DNA of 64,000 bases. It comes from the human T2T-CHM13v2.0 reference genome, Homo sapiens. The translations under genes were made by a program, and so were the position numbers. Shown piece after piece: positions 1-21,589 of the stretch. Positions within the stretch are counted from its first letter, which is position 1. Each line of letters opens with the position of its first letter. The notes under the pieces were generated by a model. It was not told where the DNA came from and made no database searches. It saw nothing but the letters and a program-made list of their open reading frames with translations. Location of the stretch: the NCBI RefSeq assembly GCF_009914755.1, contig NC_060947.1. The stretch is one strand, 5' to 3'.

Positions 1-650
1 CCATCCAGTGCATTTTCCATCATAGATATAGTAGTGCCCATCTCCAGAAGTTTGATTTGCATTTTTTCTGTATCTTCCATGTCTTGACTTGACTTTGAGC
101 ATATGAACTACAGTTATTATAACTTTTAATATTCTTCTCTTCTAATTTAAGCATCTTTGTCAATTCTGGGTCATTTTCAGTTGACTGATTTTTCTCCTTG
201 TTATTGTCATGTTTTCTTGGTTCTTCATTTGTTTGCTAGGTTTTAACTGGATGCCAAGACATGATGAGTTTTAGCTTGTTGAGTGCCGAATATTTTTGTA
301 ATCTCATAATTTTTCCTGAGCTTTGTTCTGGGATGCAGTTAAGTCGCTTGTAGTTTCATACTTTGGGGTCTTGCTTTTAAGCTTTGTTAGATGATACCAA
401 AGCTGTGTTTAGTCTAGGACCCATTACTCTCCACTAGTTAGGTAAATCTCTTTTCAGCACTTTGTATATTGCTCAGAGAATTGAGAGACTTTCCAGTCTG
501 ATAGTTGAGAATAGGCATTATTGCTAGTCTTGTGAAAGTACCAGGTACTGTTCCCTCTAATTCTTTTGCATGGCTCTTTCTTATCCGGGGCAGTTTTCTT
601 ACATGCTTATGTTGATCAGTACTATGAGAGGCTTTAAGTAGCAATGAATC
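1..650 (-). mobile_element. Old L1 (L1M-type) fragment, antisense
   Basis: T-rich text resembling antisense 5'/ORF1 region of ancient L1s; highly diverged, boundaries approximate. Confidence 0.45.
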
Positions 651-784
651 AGGTGTCTATTTCTCGAGATCATCATCATATTAGCTAACTTTTATTAAAC
701 ACTTTTTATACAGAACATAATCTGTAGTTAGACTGGGGTTAATCCCTTCTGTTCCTTCTGTTGTCGGACGAGCTGTTGATGAGC

Positions 785-990
785 AGGCCTGTGCTAAGCA
801 TGCTAGTTTATTTAATATATTAATCCAATGAAGAGAGTGCTGTTATTATTATTCTCATTTACAGATAAGGAAACTGAGGTACAGAGAGTTTAAGTAACTT
901 GCTCAAGGACACACGCAGATAGTAAGTGGTAAACTGAAATTTGAACCTAGATGGTTTGACTTCAGAGATTGAATTTAACTTGTAAATCAT
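785..990 (-). mobile_element. MIR SINE
   Basis: MIR core in reverse: ctcatttacagataaggaaactgagg...aagtaacttgctcaagg...agtaagtgg...tttgaacc. Confidence 0.85.
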
Positions 991-2469
991 CATGTGCTAG
1001 GATGATCGGAAATACAATCAGGATGCAAGCTGATGATAAGCCTGCCATTTCATATCTCCCCCACAGCAGCCAATCAGCCTCTAATACACGAACAAGTCCC
1101 TCCCTCTAAGCTAAGGGCAAGGAAGTGGGGGTGGCAGATGGGAGGAAGGAAAGAGAAGGTATGTATAATTATTGTGTTGTCACAAATTGCCATTATCCTG
1201 TTTGTCCCCAGAGCCCCTTAGCCTCCCAGTTTTGAGGTGGTACCCAATTCTTTGGAACAAATATGGGAGCCTGGTGCCAATGTTGCTGCCCTGCCAGTAA
1301 GGGTGCTGACAAGGTCTCTTGTGCAAGAAGCAAAGACCTCCAAGGGATAGTAACAGCTTTGTCTGGGGCCACCAGTACTGGCCTTACACATTTGGGGATG
1401 GAGTTTAGGGCCTGTTTTCTCTTGTTCCATGTATCTCATTTAATGAAAAACAGCTTCCTTTTCCATCTCTGTATCCACATGCTGCAGTGGACTATAATGC
1501 CTAAGAAGTTCCTCTCCTCAGCTATCACATGTCCCAGAAAATGTGCTCACATTCTGCTCTCCCTTCCCACATCCAGCCAGACACTTCCCCTCTGAGGTCT
1601 GTCTTCTGATTTGATTTATTTTCTCGTAAGTATTCTATACTTTCTCCCCAACCAGGTAAAAAGCCTTTCTAATCCTCTCGAGGTTACATCTTCCTTGTTC
1701 CCTTCGTGGAATGACAAATTGGCTCTTGCAAACATTTAACTGGAGCACTCTGGCAAATGCTCTTGTTCTTGATTCCAGACATCCTCCAAATGAGAATGAT
1801 CTATGTATATGGTGCCTTCCTAAGATATATCAGGAACAGTATGGCAATAGGAACACAAGATAGAGTTTGTGCCTCCGTGTCTGTGAAATACTGCCCTAGG
1901 AACTGTCTGCTTCTTTTGCAGAGAACACTATCACAATTTTTCACTGACACTTACTCCTGAACCCTGAGCATTGGCCACTGCTACTTCCACCTGCCTCTAA
2001 TCAGTAGGCTGCCAGCACCTTCCAGAACATTGGTGTACCAGCACAGACCAATTTTAATCAGAGTCTCCTCTGTTTGGTATCTTTAGACCAGCAGATGCCA
2101 CCAAGCCTCATTTCTCTGTCAATCTCAATACTGCCCCAAATGCAGGAACTTCTGGCTATTATTTTCTTGTTTCCTCTCTATGTCTGACTCTGCCCAACTC
2201 TTTTCTTGAATGCACTCTGGCTTTTTGTTTCATACTTTAAATAAATCTCCCCTATATCCTCCCACTTTGTTTTCAGTGTTCACTCCAGCTCCTTTTCTTA
2301 ATTGTAGCAATACAAGAGAACTAGGTATCATTCCTTATTTTTACCTAGTTCACCTAAAGACACCACTGCCCCACAGCATTTTTCACTAGATGATTCTCTT
2401 ATTGTCATACCCCAAACACCATATAGACCTGGGGGCAGAGACCTCATTGTCTTCATTCCCTGGATTAAT

Positions 2470-3040
<571 letters not shown>

Positions 3041-3639
3041 GTTACTTTCAGATTATGACTCCCTCACCCTCTTAGAAAAGCCCTTCCTCCTCTGAAGTTT
3101 GACTCAAGACAGCTACCGAGAGCCTAAATAGAATATAACCAGAGAACTGTAGCACGATGCAGAAGACAGAAGAGGGAATGCGGTTAGAGCTTCCAGAACA
3201 TGTAACAGAAAAACATATCCAAGTTTCTCTCTTCTTGAGCACCACCATGTGGTACAACTAGACATGTAGGACCACAACTTTGGGAAGAGGCTGGCGTTGG
3301 AGGAAGCGACTTGGAAGGCTTCTGCTGAAAAGTAGTAAGAGAAGCCATGAGCGTGGATGAGACAAACAAGGGAGGAAGAGTAGGAAGAAAACAGGGCAAT
3401 GGCAGAAAATTGGAGTAATAGGCGTCTAGACTGCCTTCAAAATAAAATGTCACCTTAACAGACATCTGGTGACTATGGATCCCATAGGAAATAAGACAGT
3501 GTGTAAAGATAAGTGAGCATGTGCACGGGCCAAGGAATAGAGCAGGACAACCTGAGTTACTTCTCCTTCTCTCCCTCCCTCCCCTCTTCTTTTCTCTCTC
3601 CCTCCTCATTTTCTCAATGTTCCCCTTTCTCCCCCTTTT

Positions 3640-3800
3640 ATTCTTATTCATCCATCCATCCATCCGTCCATGGAGCCATCCATGATACATCCATTCACCA
3701 CTGGAACTGGGGACAAAAAATAAATAAGCCACAGGCCCTGTTCTAACAAAGGTCACAGTCTGTGGGATGGGGTAGGGTGGAGGCAATTAAGCAGATCTTT
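3640..3800 (-). mobile_element. L2 3' end fragment
   Basis: (tcca)n tail followed by ctgggga...aataag...ggccctgttct...cacagtct, typical of an L2 3' end. Confidence 0.55.
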
Positions 3801-3806
3801 ATAATA

Positions 3807-4088
3807 TGTCAGTGCTCACGACCCAACAATCACCAGGAGCACGCCTGTAGTCGAACAAATTTGGGTTTATTGCTTGTTGTATTAAGGGAGAATGCACCCC
3901 ATGGGAAACTGCGGAGCAACTCAGCAGGAGGGCATTAGAAAGGACTTACAGGATTTGGGCAAACTTTGCATTAGATACTTCTAAGGAGCAGAGGCAATCC
4001 TATGATTGGGTATCTTAATAAATCTTATCTAGAATGAGGGAAGAATAAATGATGCCTAGGGCTGTAAGTGGTAAAGAAGCAGCAGTTA
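3807..4088 (-). mobile_element. ERV LTR fragment (probable 3' LTR of the fragmented provirus)
   Basis: Starts tgtca (terminal CA on minus strand); tttatt at 3866-3871 reads AATAAA on minus; lies downstream of the env relic. Confidence 0.6.
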
Positions 4089-6010
4089 CCAACAGTGTAT
4101 AGGCGTTCCTTTTTCACTGCAGCCTCGCCACCATCTATCGTTTTTGGACAGTTTAGTAATAGCCATTCTGACTGGTGTGAGATGATGTCTCATGGTGGTT
4201 TTGATTTGCATTTCTCAGATGATTAGTGATGCTGAGCATGTTTTCATGTTTGTTGGCCGCTTATACATCTTCCTTTGAGAAGTGTCTGTTCATGTCCTTT
4301 GCCTGTTTTTTTTTTTTTTAAATGGGGCTATTTGTGTTTTACTTGTTGATTTGTTTAAGTTCCCTATAGATTCTGGATATTAGGCCGTTGTCACATGCAT
4401 TGTTTGCTAATATCTTCTCTCATTCTGTAGGCTGTCTGTTTACTCTGGTGCTGGCTTCTTTTGCTGTGTAGAAGCTCTTCAGTTTAATTCGGTCTTGGGG
4501 TGTCAATTTTTGTTTTTGTTGCAATTAAATCTGGAGACTTAGTCAAAAATTCTTTGCCAAGGCTGATGTCCAGAAGAGTGTTTCCTAAGTTGTCCTCCAG
4601 GATTCTTATGGTTTGGGGTGTTACATTTGAATCTTTGATCCACCTTGTGTTTATTTTTGTATGTGGTGAAAAGTGGGGGGGTCCAGATTCAATTTTCTGC
4701 AAGTGGCTAGCCAGTTATCCCACCATCATTTATTGAATAGGGAGTCGAGTCCTTTCCTCATTGCATGTGTTTGCCAGCCTTGTCAAAGTTCAGATGGTTG
4801 TAGGTGTGCAGCTCTATTTCTGAGTTTTCCATTCTGTTCCATTGGTCTATGTGTCTTTTTTTTTTTTTTTTTTATCAGTATCAAGCTGTTTTGGTTCCTG
4901 TGGCTTTATAGTGTAGTTACAGAGGTAACCCCATCAGGCTAGCAGCAGTCCTATCAGCAGAAACCTTACAAGCCAGAAAAGATTGGGGGTCTAATTTCAG
5001 TGTCCTTACTGAAAAGAAGTTCCAGCCAAGAATTTCACATGCTGCCAAACAAAGCTTCATAAGTGAAGGAGAAATAAAATCCTTCTCGGACAAGCAAATG
5101 CTGAGGGAATACATTTCCACTAGGCCAGCATTACAAGAGGTTCTTAAGGGAGTGCTAAACATGGAATCAAAATAATGACACCTGCTACCACAAAAGCACC
5201 CTTAAGCACATAGCACACAGGCAGTATAAAGCAACTACGCAGTCAAGTCCACATAACAACCACCAGGCATCATGATGACAGGATCAAAATCCCGTATATG
5301 AATACTAACCTTGAATGTAAATGGGCTAAACACCCCACTGAAAAGGCACAGAGTGGCAGGCTGGACAAAAGGACAAGACCCAACCATCTGCTGCCTTCAA
5401 GAGACCCATCTCACATGCAACGACACCCACAGGCTCAAAGTAAAAGGGTGGAGGAAGATCTACCATGCAAATGGAAAACAAAAAGGAACATGAGTCCCTC
5501 TTCTTATTTCAGATAAAACAGACTTTAAACCAATAGAAATTAAGAAGGACAATGAAGGGCATTACAAACAATAACAATCCAACAGGAAGCCTTAGCTATC
5601 TTAAATATATATGCACTCAACATTGGAGAGCCCAGATGCATAAAATGAGTTCTTCTTGACCTATCAGAAGACTTAGACAACCACACAATAGTAGTGGGAG
5701 TGTTCAACACCCCACTGACAGCATTAGACAGATTACTGAGGCAGAACACTAACCAAGAAACCCTGGACTTAAACTTGACACTTGACCATTTGGACCTAAT
5801 AGACATCTACGAAACACTCCACCCAACAACCACAGAATCCACATTCTTCTCATGTGCACACAGAATATATTCTAAGATCAACCACATGGTCAGTCATAAA
5901 GCAAGTCTCAATAAATTAAAAAAAATTTAAATCATACCAAGTGTACTCTTGGACCACAGTACAATAAAAATAGAAATCAGTATCAAGGAGATCTCTCAAA
6001 ACTACACAGT
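4089..6010. mobile_element. Rearranged L1P: minus-strand ORF2 3' part (4089-4915) joined to plus-strand ORF1 end and ORF2 endonuclease (4917-6010)
   Basis: NVNGLNTPLKRHRVAGW...CCLQETHLT (L1 EN) on +; SPHTKINTRWIKD...NLGNTLLDI on -. Confidence 0.85.
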
Positions 6011-6059
6011 AGCATTTTAGATGCTAGACATGATATGTTGACAAACTGCAACACAGGCA

Positions 6060-7310
<1,251 letters not shown>

Positions 7311-7336
7311 TTGGTCAATTTAATTTATTTATTTAC

Positions 7337-7672
<336 letters not shown>

Positions 7673-9940
7673 TAGGGTACATGTGCACAACGTACAGGTT
7701 TGTTACATAGGTATACATGTGCCATGTTGGTTTGCCGCACCCATCAACTCGTCATTTACATTAGATATTTCTCTTAATGCTATCCCTCCCCCATCCCTCC
7801 ACCCCCTGACAGGCCCTGGTGTGTGATGTTCCCTGCCCTGTGTCCACGTGTTCTCATTGTTCAACTCCCACCTGTGAGTAAGAACATGTGGTGTTTGGTT
7901 TTCTGTCTTTGTGATAGTTTGCTGAGAATGATGGTTTCCAGCTTCATCCATGTCACTGCAAAGGACGTGAACTCATCCTTTTTTATGGCTGCATAGTATT
8001 CTGTGGTCTATATGTGCCACATTTTCCTAATCCAGTCTATCATTGTTGGACATTTGGGTTGGTTCCAAGTCTTTACTATTGTGAATAGTGCCACAATAAA
8101 CATACGTGAACATACGTCTTTATAAGTAGCATGATTTATAATCCTTTGGGTATATACCCAGTAATGGGATCGCTGGGTCAAGATCGCTAGTTCTAGATCC
8201 TTGAGGAATCGCCACACTGTCTTCCACAATGGTTGAACTAATTTACACTCCCACAAACAGCGTAAAAGCATTCCTATTTCTCCACATCATCTCCAGCATC
8301 TGTTGTTTCCTGACATTTTAATGACCGCCATTCTAACTGGTGTGACATGGTATCTCACTGTGGTTTTGAGTTGCATTTCTCTGACGACCAGTGATGATGA
8401 GCATTTTTTCATATGTCTGTTGGCTGCATACATGTCTTCTTTTGAGAAGTGTCTGTTCATATCTTTTGCCCACTTTTTGATGGGGTTGTTTGGTCTTTTT
8501 CTTATAAATTTGTTTAAGTTCTTTGTAGATTCTGGATGTTAGCCTTTTGTCAGATGGGTAGATTGCAAAGATTTTCTCCCATTCTTTAGGTTGCCTGTTC
8601 ACTCTGATGGTAGTTTCTTTTGTTGTGCAGAAACCCTTTAGTTTAATTAGATCCCATTTGTCAATTTTGGCTTTTGTTGCCATTGCTTTTGGTGTTGTAG
8701 TCATGAAGTCTTTGCCCATGCCTATGTTCTGAAGGGTATTGCCTAGGTTTTCTTCTAGGGTTTCTATGGTGTTAGGTCTTACATTTAAGTCTTTAATCCA
8801 TCTTGAGTTAATTTTTGTATAAGGTGTAAGGAAGGGATCCAGTTTCAGCTTTCTACATATGGCTAGCCAGTTTTCCCAGCACCATTTATTAAATAGGCTA
8901 TCCTTTCCCCATTGCTTGTTTTTGTCAGGTTTGTAAAAGATTAGATGGTTGTAGATGTGTGATGTTGTTTCTGAGGTCTCTGTCCCGTTCCATTGGTCTG
9001 TTTATCTGTTTTGGTACCATGCTGTTTTGGTTACTGTAGCCTTGTAGTATAGTTTGAAGTCAGGTAGTGTGATGCCTCCAGCTTTGTTCTTTTTGCTTAG
9101 GATTTTCTTGGCTATGCGGGATCATTTTTCGTTCCATATGAACTTTAATGTATTTTTTTCTAATTCTGTGAAGAAAATCAGTGGTAGCTTGATGGGGATA
9201 GCATTGAATCTACAAATTACCTTGGGCAGTATGGCCATTTTCACCATATTGATTCTTCCTATCCTTGAGCATGGAATGTTCTTCCATTTCTTTGTGTCCT
9301 CTTTTATTTTGTTGAGAAGTGGTTTGTAGTTCTCCTTGAAGAGGTCCTTCACATCCTTGTGAGTTGCATTCCTAGGTATTTTGTTCTCTTTGTAGTAATT
9401 GTGAATGGGAGTTCACTCATGATTTGGCTCTCTGTTTGTCCATTAGTGGTGTATAGGAATGCCTGTGACTTTTGCACATTGATTTTGTATCCTGAGACTT
9501 TGCTGAAGTTGTTTATCAGCTTAAGGAGGTTTTGGACTGAGATGATGGGATTTTCTAAATATACAATCATGTCATCTGCAAACTGAGACAATTTGACTTT
9601 CTCTTTTCCTAACTGAATACCTTTATTTCTTTCTCTTCCCTGATTGCCCTAGCCAGAACTTCCAACATTATGTTGAATAGGAGTGGTGAGAGAGGGCATC
9701 CCTGTCTTGTGCGAGTTTTCAAAGGGAATGCTTCCAGTTTTTGCCCATTCAGTATGATACTGGCTGTGGGTTTGTCATAAATAGCTCTTACTATTTTGAG
9801 ATACGTTCCATGAATACCTAGTTTATTGAGAGTTTTTAGCATGAAGGGCTGTTGAATTCTGTCAAAGATGTTTTCTGCATCTATTGAGATAATAATGTGG
9901 TTTTTGTCGTTGGTTCTGTTTATGTGATGGATTACGTTTA

Positions 9941-10030
<90 letters not shown>

Positions 10031-10437
10031 TCAATTTGCCAGTATTTTACTGAGGATTTTCACACAGATGTTCATCAGGGATATTGGCCTAAGATTCTCT
10101 CTCTTTTTTTTTTTTTTTTGTTGTGTCTCTGCCAGGCTTTGGATCAGGATGATGCTGGTCTCATAAAATGAGTTAGGGAGGATTCCCTCTTTTTCTATTG
10201 ATTGAAATAGTTTCAGAAGGAATGGTACCAGCTCCTCTTTTTACCTCTGGTAGAATTCGACTGTGAATCGTCTAGTCCTGGACTTTTTTTGGTTGGTAGG
10301 CTACTAATTATTGCCTCAATTTCAGAACCTGTTGTTGGTCTATTCAGGGATTCAACTGCTACCTGGTTTAGACTTGGGAGGGTGTATGTGTCCAGGAATT
10401 TATTCTTCTAGATTCCTAGTTTATTTGCATAGAGTTA

Positions 10438-11880
<1,443 letters not shown>

Positions 11881-12571
11881 TTCTCTCTTTTCTTCTTTAT
11901 GAGTTTTGCTAGTGGTCTATGTATTTTGTTGATCTTTTCAAAAAACCAGCTCCTGGATTCTTTGATTTTTTTTTTGAAGGGATTTTGTGTCTCTATCTCC
12001 TTCAATTCTTCTCTGATCTTACTTATTTCTTACCTTCTGCTGGCTTTTGAATTTGTTTGCTCTTGCTTCTCTAGATCTTTTAATCCTGATGTTAGGGTGT
12101 TGATTTTAGATCTTTCCTCCTTTCCCTTGAGGGTATTTAGTGCTATAAATTTCCCTCTACGCACTGCTTTAAATGTGTCCCAGAGATTCTGGTATGTTGT
12201 GTCTTTGTTCTCATTGGTTTCAAAGAACACCTTTATTTCTGTCTTCATTGCGTTATTTTACCCCCAGTAGTCACTCAGGAGTAGGTTGTTCAGTTTCCAT
12301 GTAGTTGTGTGGTTTTGAGTGAGTTTATTTATTTTTTTTTTTACGTTGACATTAATTTTTTTTATTATGCATTAAGTTCTAGGGTACCTGTGCAGAACAT
12401 GCAGGTTTGTTACATATGTATACATGTGCCATGTTGGTGTGCTGCACCCATTAACTCGTCATTTTACAGTAGGTATATCTCCTAATGCTTTCCCTCCCCA
12501 CTTCCCCCACCCCACAACAGGCCCTGGTGTGTGATGTTCCCCTTCCTGTGTCCAAGTGTTCTGATTGTTCA

Positions 12572-15367
<2,796 letters not shown>

Positions 15368-15537
15368 TGTTTTAGCAGTCTTATACACCAATAACAGACA
15401 AACAGAGAGCCAAATCATGAGTGAACTCCCGTTCACAATTGCTTCAAAGAGAATAAAATACCTAGGAATCCAACTTAACAAGGGATGTGAAGGACCTCTT
15501 CAAGGACAACTACATACCACTGCTCAAGGAAATATGA

Positions 15538-15807
<270 letters not shown>

Positions 15808-18611
15808 TAATTTGATTGCACTGTGGTCTGAGAGACTGTTTGTGGTGATTTCTGTTCTTTTACATTTGCTGAGGAGTGCTTTACTTCCAATTATGTGGGT
15901 CAATTCTGGAATAAGTGCGATGTGGTGCTGAGAAGAATGTATATTCTGTTGATTTGGTGTGGAGACTTCAGTAGATGTCTATTAAGTCCACTTGGTCCAG
16001 AAGTGAGTTCAAGTCCTGGATATCCTTGTTAACCTTCAGTCTTGTTGTTCTGTCTAATATTGACAGGGGGGTGTTAAAGTTTCCCATTATTATTGTGTGG
16101 GAGTCTAAGTCTCTTTGTAGGTCTCACTTGCTCTATGAATCTGGGTGCTCCTGTACTGGGTGCTTATATATTTAGGATAGTTAGCTCTTCTTGTTTAATT
16201 GATCCCTTTACCATTATGGAATGGCCTTCTTTGTCTTTTTTGATCTTTGTTGCTTTAAAGTCTGTTTTATCAGAGACTAGGATTGCAACCCCTACTTTTT
16301 TTTGCTTTGCATTTGCTTGGTAGATCTTCCTCCATCCCTTTATTTTGAGCCTTTATGTGTCTTTGCACATGAGATGGGTCTCCTGAATAGAGCACACCAA
16401 TGGATCTTGACTCTTTATCCAATTTGCCAGTCTGTATCTGTTAATTGGGGCATTTAGCCCATTTACATTTAAGCTAAATATTGTTATGTGTGGATTTGAT
16501 CCTGTCATTATGATGTTAGCTGGTTATGTTGCCCGTTAATTGATGCAGTTTCTTCATAGCTTTGATGGTCTCTACAATTTGGCATGTTTTTGCAGTGGCT
16601 GATACCGGTTGTTCCTTTCCATGTTTAGTGCTTCCTTCCGGAGCTCTTGTAAGGCAGGCCTGGTGGTGACAGAATCTCCCAGCATTTGCTTGTCTGTAAG
16701 AGATTTTATTTTTCCTTCACGTATGAAGCTTAATTTGGCTGGATGTGAGATTCTGGGTTGAAAATTCTTTTCTTTAAAAAAGTTGAACATTGGCCCCCAC
16801 TCTCTTCTGGCTTGTAGGGTTTCTGCCAAGAGAGCCACTGTTAGTCTGACCAGCTTCCCTTTGTGGGTAACCTGACCTTTCTCTCTGGTTGCCCTTAACA
16901 TATTTTCCTTCATTTCAACCTGGGTGAGTCTGACAATCATGTGTCTTGGGGTTGCTCTTCTCAAGGAGTATCTCTGTGGTGTTCTCTGTATTTCCTGAAT
17001 TTGAATGTTGGCCTGCCTTGCTAGGTTAGGGAAGTTCTCCTGGATAATATCCTGAAGAGTGTTTTCTAACTTGGTTTCATTCTCCCCATCCCTTTCCGGT
17101 ACACGAATCAAATGTAGATTTGGTCTTTTCACATAGTCTCATTATTTCTTGGAGGCTTTGTTCTTTTGTTTTCACTCTTTCTTCTCTAATCTTGTCTTCT
17201 CTCTTTATTTCAATAATTTGATGTTCAATCACTGATATCCTTTCTTCCACTTGATTGAATCGGTTATTGAAGCTTGTAAATGCATCACAAAGTTCTCGTG
17301 CCATGGTTTTCAGCTCCATCAGGTCATCTAAGCTCTTCTCTACACTGTTTATTCTAGTTTAGCCATCCGACTAACCTTTTTTCAAGGTTTTTAGCTTCCT
17401 TGTGATAGGCTAGAACATGCTCCTTTAGCTCAGAGAAGTTTGTTGTTACTGACCTTCTGAAGCCTACTTCTGTCAACTTGTTAAACTCATTCTCCATCCA
17501 GTTTTGTTCTGCTGCTGGTGAGGAACTGCAATCCTTTAGAGGAGAAGAGGCACTCTGGTGTTGGGAATTTTCAGCTTTTCCGTTCTGGTTTCTCCCCATC
17601 TTTGTGGTTTTATCTACCTTTGGTCTTTGATGTTGGTGACCTACAGATGGGATCTTGGTGTGGATGTCCTTTTTGTTGATGTTGTTGCTATTCCTTTCTG
17701 TTTGTTACCTTTCCTTTGAACAGTCAGACTCCTCAGCTGCAGGTCTACTGGAGTTTGCTGGAGGTCCACTCCAGACCCTGTTTGCCTAGGTATCACCAGG
17801 GGAGACTGCAGAACAGCAAATATTGCTGCCTGATCCTTCCTCTGGAAGCTTCATCCTAGAAGAGCACCTGCCTGCTTGAGGTGTCTGTTGGCCCCTACTG
17901 GGAGGTGTTTCCCAGTCAGGCTACACAGGGGTCAGGGACCAGCTTGAGGAGGCAGTCTGTCCATTCTTGGAGCTTGAATGCCATGCTGAGATAACCACTC
18001 CTCTCTTCAGAGCTGTCTGACAGGGATGTTTAAGTCCGCAGAAGCTGTCTGCTGCCTTTTGTTCAGATATGCCCTGCCCCCAGAGGTGGAATCTATAAAG
18101 ACAGTAGGCCTTGCTGAGCTGCAGTGGGCTCCACACAGTTTGTGATTCCCAGCTGCTTTGTTTACACGGTAAGCTACTCAAGGCTCAGCAGTGGTGGACG
18201 CCTCTCCCCCCGTCAAGCTGCAGCATAGCAGGTTGATCTTAGACTGCTGGCGCTAGCAGTGAGCAAGGCTCCGTGGGCATGGGACCCACCGAGCCAGGCA
18301 TGGGAGGGTATCTCCTGATCTGCCGGTTGCTGAGACCGTGGGAAAAGTGCAGTATTTGGTCAGGAGTGCACCGTTTCTCCATGTACGGTCTGTCATGGCT
18401 TCCTTTGGCTAGGAAAGGGAAATCCCCCGACCCCTTGTGCTTCCTGGGTGAGGCAACGCCCTGCCCTGCTTCAGTTCACCCCCAGTGGGCTATACCCACT
18501 GTTCAACCAGTCCCAATGAGATGAACCAGGCACCTCAGTTGGAAATGCAGAAATCACCCATCTTCTGCATCGATCTTGCTGGGAGCTGCAGACTGGAGCT
18601 GTTCCTATTAG

Positions 18612-18922
<311 letters not shown>

Positions 18923-21575
18923 CCTACCTTTTGAACTGTTTAAAGGGATGGCTATTAAATTTTGGCCAGAAAGGAGAACAAGGGACTATAAATCCTAGAA
19001 CCAGTGAACTTCAGAGCAATAGCTAGAGTCTGGGAAAAAGTACAAAAGAGTTTTGCTTTTTTCTTAAGTGGTAGAAGAAAACCATAGCGGGGGCAGAAAA
19101 AAGATAAAAAGATCATGTTAATGTTCCAGAGGGTGACACAACATGATAGGCCATAGGACAGGTGAAAAAAGTGCTGGGAAAAAAAATCAGAAAATTAACC
19201 TCGTTCTGCAGTTTTGGGCAGAAGTTGTCCACTTCCGAAGTAGGTGGTTCATTCTATAGTCTTGGACGGAATCTGTCCATTTTTGAAATCAGCTGTTTCT
19301 GAAGAATTTCTAAGAATCCTCAGTTTGAGGTTCCCTAATGGAATGGGCTTCCAGTAGTCGGGACAAAATGATGTATTTTTTTTCTAATTGGGAAGTATGA
19401 TTCCCGGATCTATTCCGTGTTGTTTTATTGTTGTGTCAGTTATTAGCAGTGTCTGATGAGGTCTTTTTAATTGAGGTTCAAGGGCAGTTTTCCTTTTATG
19501 TCACTTCCAGAAGACTAAATCTCCCAGTTACAGATCTTACAGAAGCTTCTTAGCTGGGGTTTTGGAAATGAAGCTTGTACTTGGTGAAACACCTGGAAGC
19601 ATCATATGATCTCTTGTATTCAGACACATTGACTGTAGTGTGGCAGAAAGTACGACTGGAAGCAATTTCCAAATGTGTGGGGCAGTCTGATAATTAACTC
19701 CAGAGTAGAGAACTTGCAGGTCCTGAGGGGGATTGATCTTATTGTCATCAAGGCCAGTGGAAATAGTTCGGTGCTTGGAAGTTTAAGGATACCTGAGAGC
19801 TTTGAAAATTCTAAGTTGAGAATTCCATTAGCTCTCTTTATTTTCTCTGCAGTCTGCGGATGATAAGGACAGTGGAGTTCTGAATAAAAGGTGTTAAATT
19901 ATTCTTTAATAATACTTCTAGTGAAATATGTGTCCATGTTACTGAAGAGATAAGTTGGAATTCTCCAGTTTTTGAATATAAAGTAATTTTAAAAATCATG
20001 ACGGCCATAGCTGTTCAACTAAGAGAGTGCACCCACCCTAAGAACGAAAACCAATAACCAGAACATATTTATGGACCGCTGCTGAAGGCACTTGTGGAAA
20101 ATCCATTTGGAGGTGTTCAAAGAGGCCTTGAGCTTGTGGCTCTGTCCCATGTCTTGCCTGCATAGTCTTGCCAGGATTGTGTCTTCAGCTGGTAGATATG
20201 TATTGGAAATTTTCTTGGCAATATTCTTAAAATTACTCAACTAATATTGAATGCTTCAATATCATGGCCAACTTATCTCTGCAATTGTGAGAAATATCAG
20301 GAAGCATTTTTTGTTTAAACTCCACTTTTATTATGGCCATACCTCTGGATGCAAGTAAAAGATGTCAAGGTTTTAAGATTTATGTCCATTTTATAGGGCT
20401 TCCTGTAAGGAGAGAAAACAAAGTTTAGATATAGAGAAACATTTTGATAAACATACACACTAAAGAGAGTGACAGTGTGGCTGATTTGAGGACTTAAGCC
20501 CTAGACAATATTATCAAGCCACGCGAATAAAGAGCTGGGATGTATTAATCCAAGTGATGGAAATGAAGATGGGACTGACTCCTATATTAAACAAAATGAT
20601 CTCTCATTTAGGCAGCCAGGAAAAACAATCTCCTCATGAAGATTGATTCACATTTTGTTTTGTTTTTAGGGTACCTGTCAAATGAAAAATCTGATTCGTG
20701 TCAAGATGTCCCAAAAAAGGCCATAGCAATTTTCAAATTGGCCCTAGTGAAATTGTGTCCGTTAGGGACAAGTACATACGCTAACATTATAATGAGAAAA
20801 CATGAAGGAAACAGGTGTTTGTCCTGGAAGAAATGCAGTTTTAGATAGAATGACCCCATAAGAAACAGCAGTCTACAAGCATGGCGCTTTTGTAACTTAG
20901 TGTCTGTGGAATTTGGTGCAAGGCCAGTTGTCCCCCATCAGGGGCCAGACAATACCAGCTGTTTCTGGGCAAGTGAAACTGAACAAAGCAGTTTTGGCAA
21001 ACTGACACAAACACAAGACTAAGGAAAAGGTCCTTAAAGTGTTTTGATATGGTGACCTGAGACAACATACGTCTGAAGAAAAACGGTCTTGGGAGATCGT
21101 CTGAGCTTCTCAGTCCAAGGGACTGGCTTGCAGACAGACTTACTGAGTTTATGCCTATCCTCCCCCACTCAGTAATCATTTTACAGACAAATGGCACTTA
21201 AGATACTAAACAAGCAGACAGACCATAAGAGCAGATTTAGAAGGCCAGAAAGCAACTGCACCAAGGAACAACACAAATCTGACCAGTGAATCAAACAAAT
21301 CCCAAGAGACTGTATTCCTAGGAAACTGAAACAAACCCAATGATGGAGTGATTCAATAAACCCAACGATGAAGAGATTCAAAGCTTAATTCAGCATGAAC
21401 TTTCTACCAGCCATGGGTAAGATGACACCTTGAACAGGTAGAGACAACAAGAGGTCTCAGATATGCACACTCTTATTGAGTTGACGATTCAGATCCAATA
21501 CAGTGACAAGTTCAGCTGAATCCTGGCTGGAAACCCCGTTTGTGTAAATAACTTCCAGGCAACGACCAGCAGGAT
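18923..21575 (-). mobile_element. Class I ERV internal relic (env start, integrase, gag, leader)
   Basis: Minus strand gives GIPTYLFSN...LHCPYHPQTAEKIKRANGIL (IN core) and GDLVFWK.HKRKTALEP..K.PHQTLLITDT (GPY/F-like C-terminus). Confidence 0.8.
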
Positions 21576-21589
21576 CTGATCAAAATATG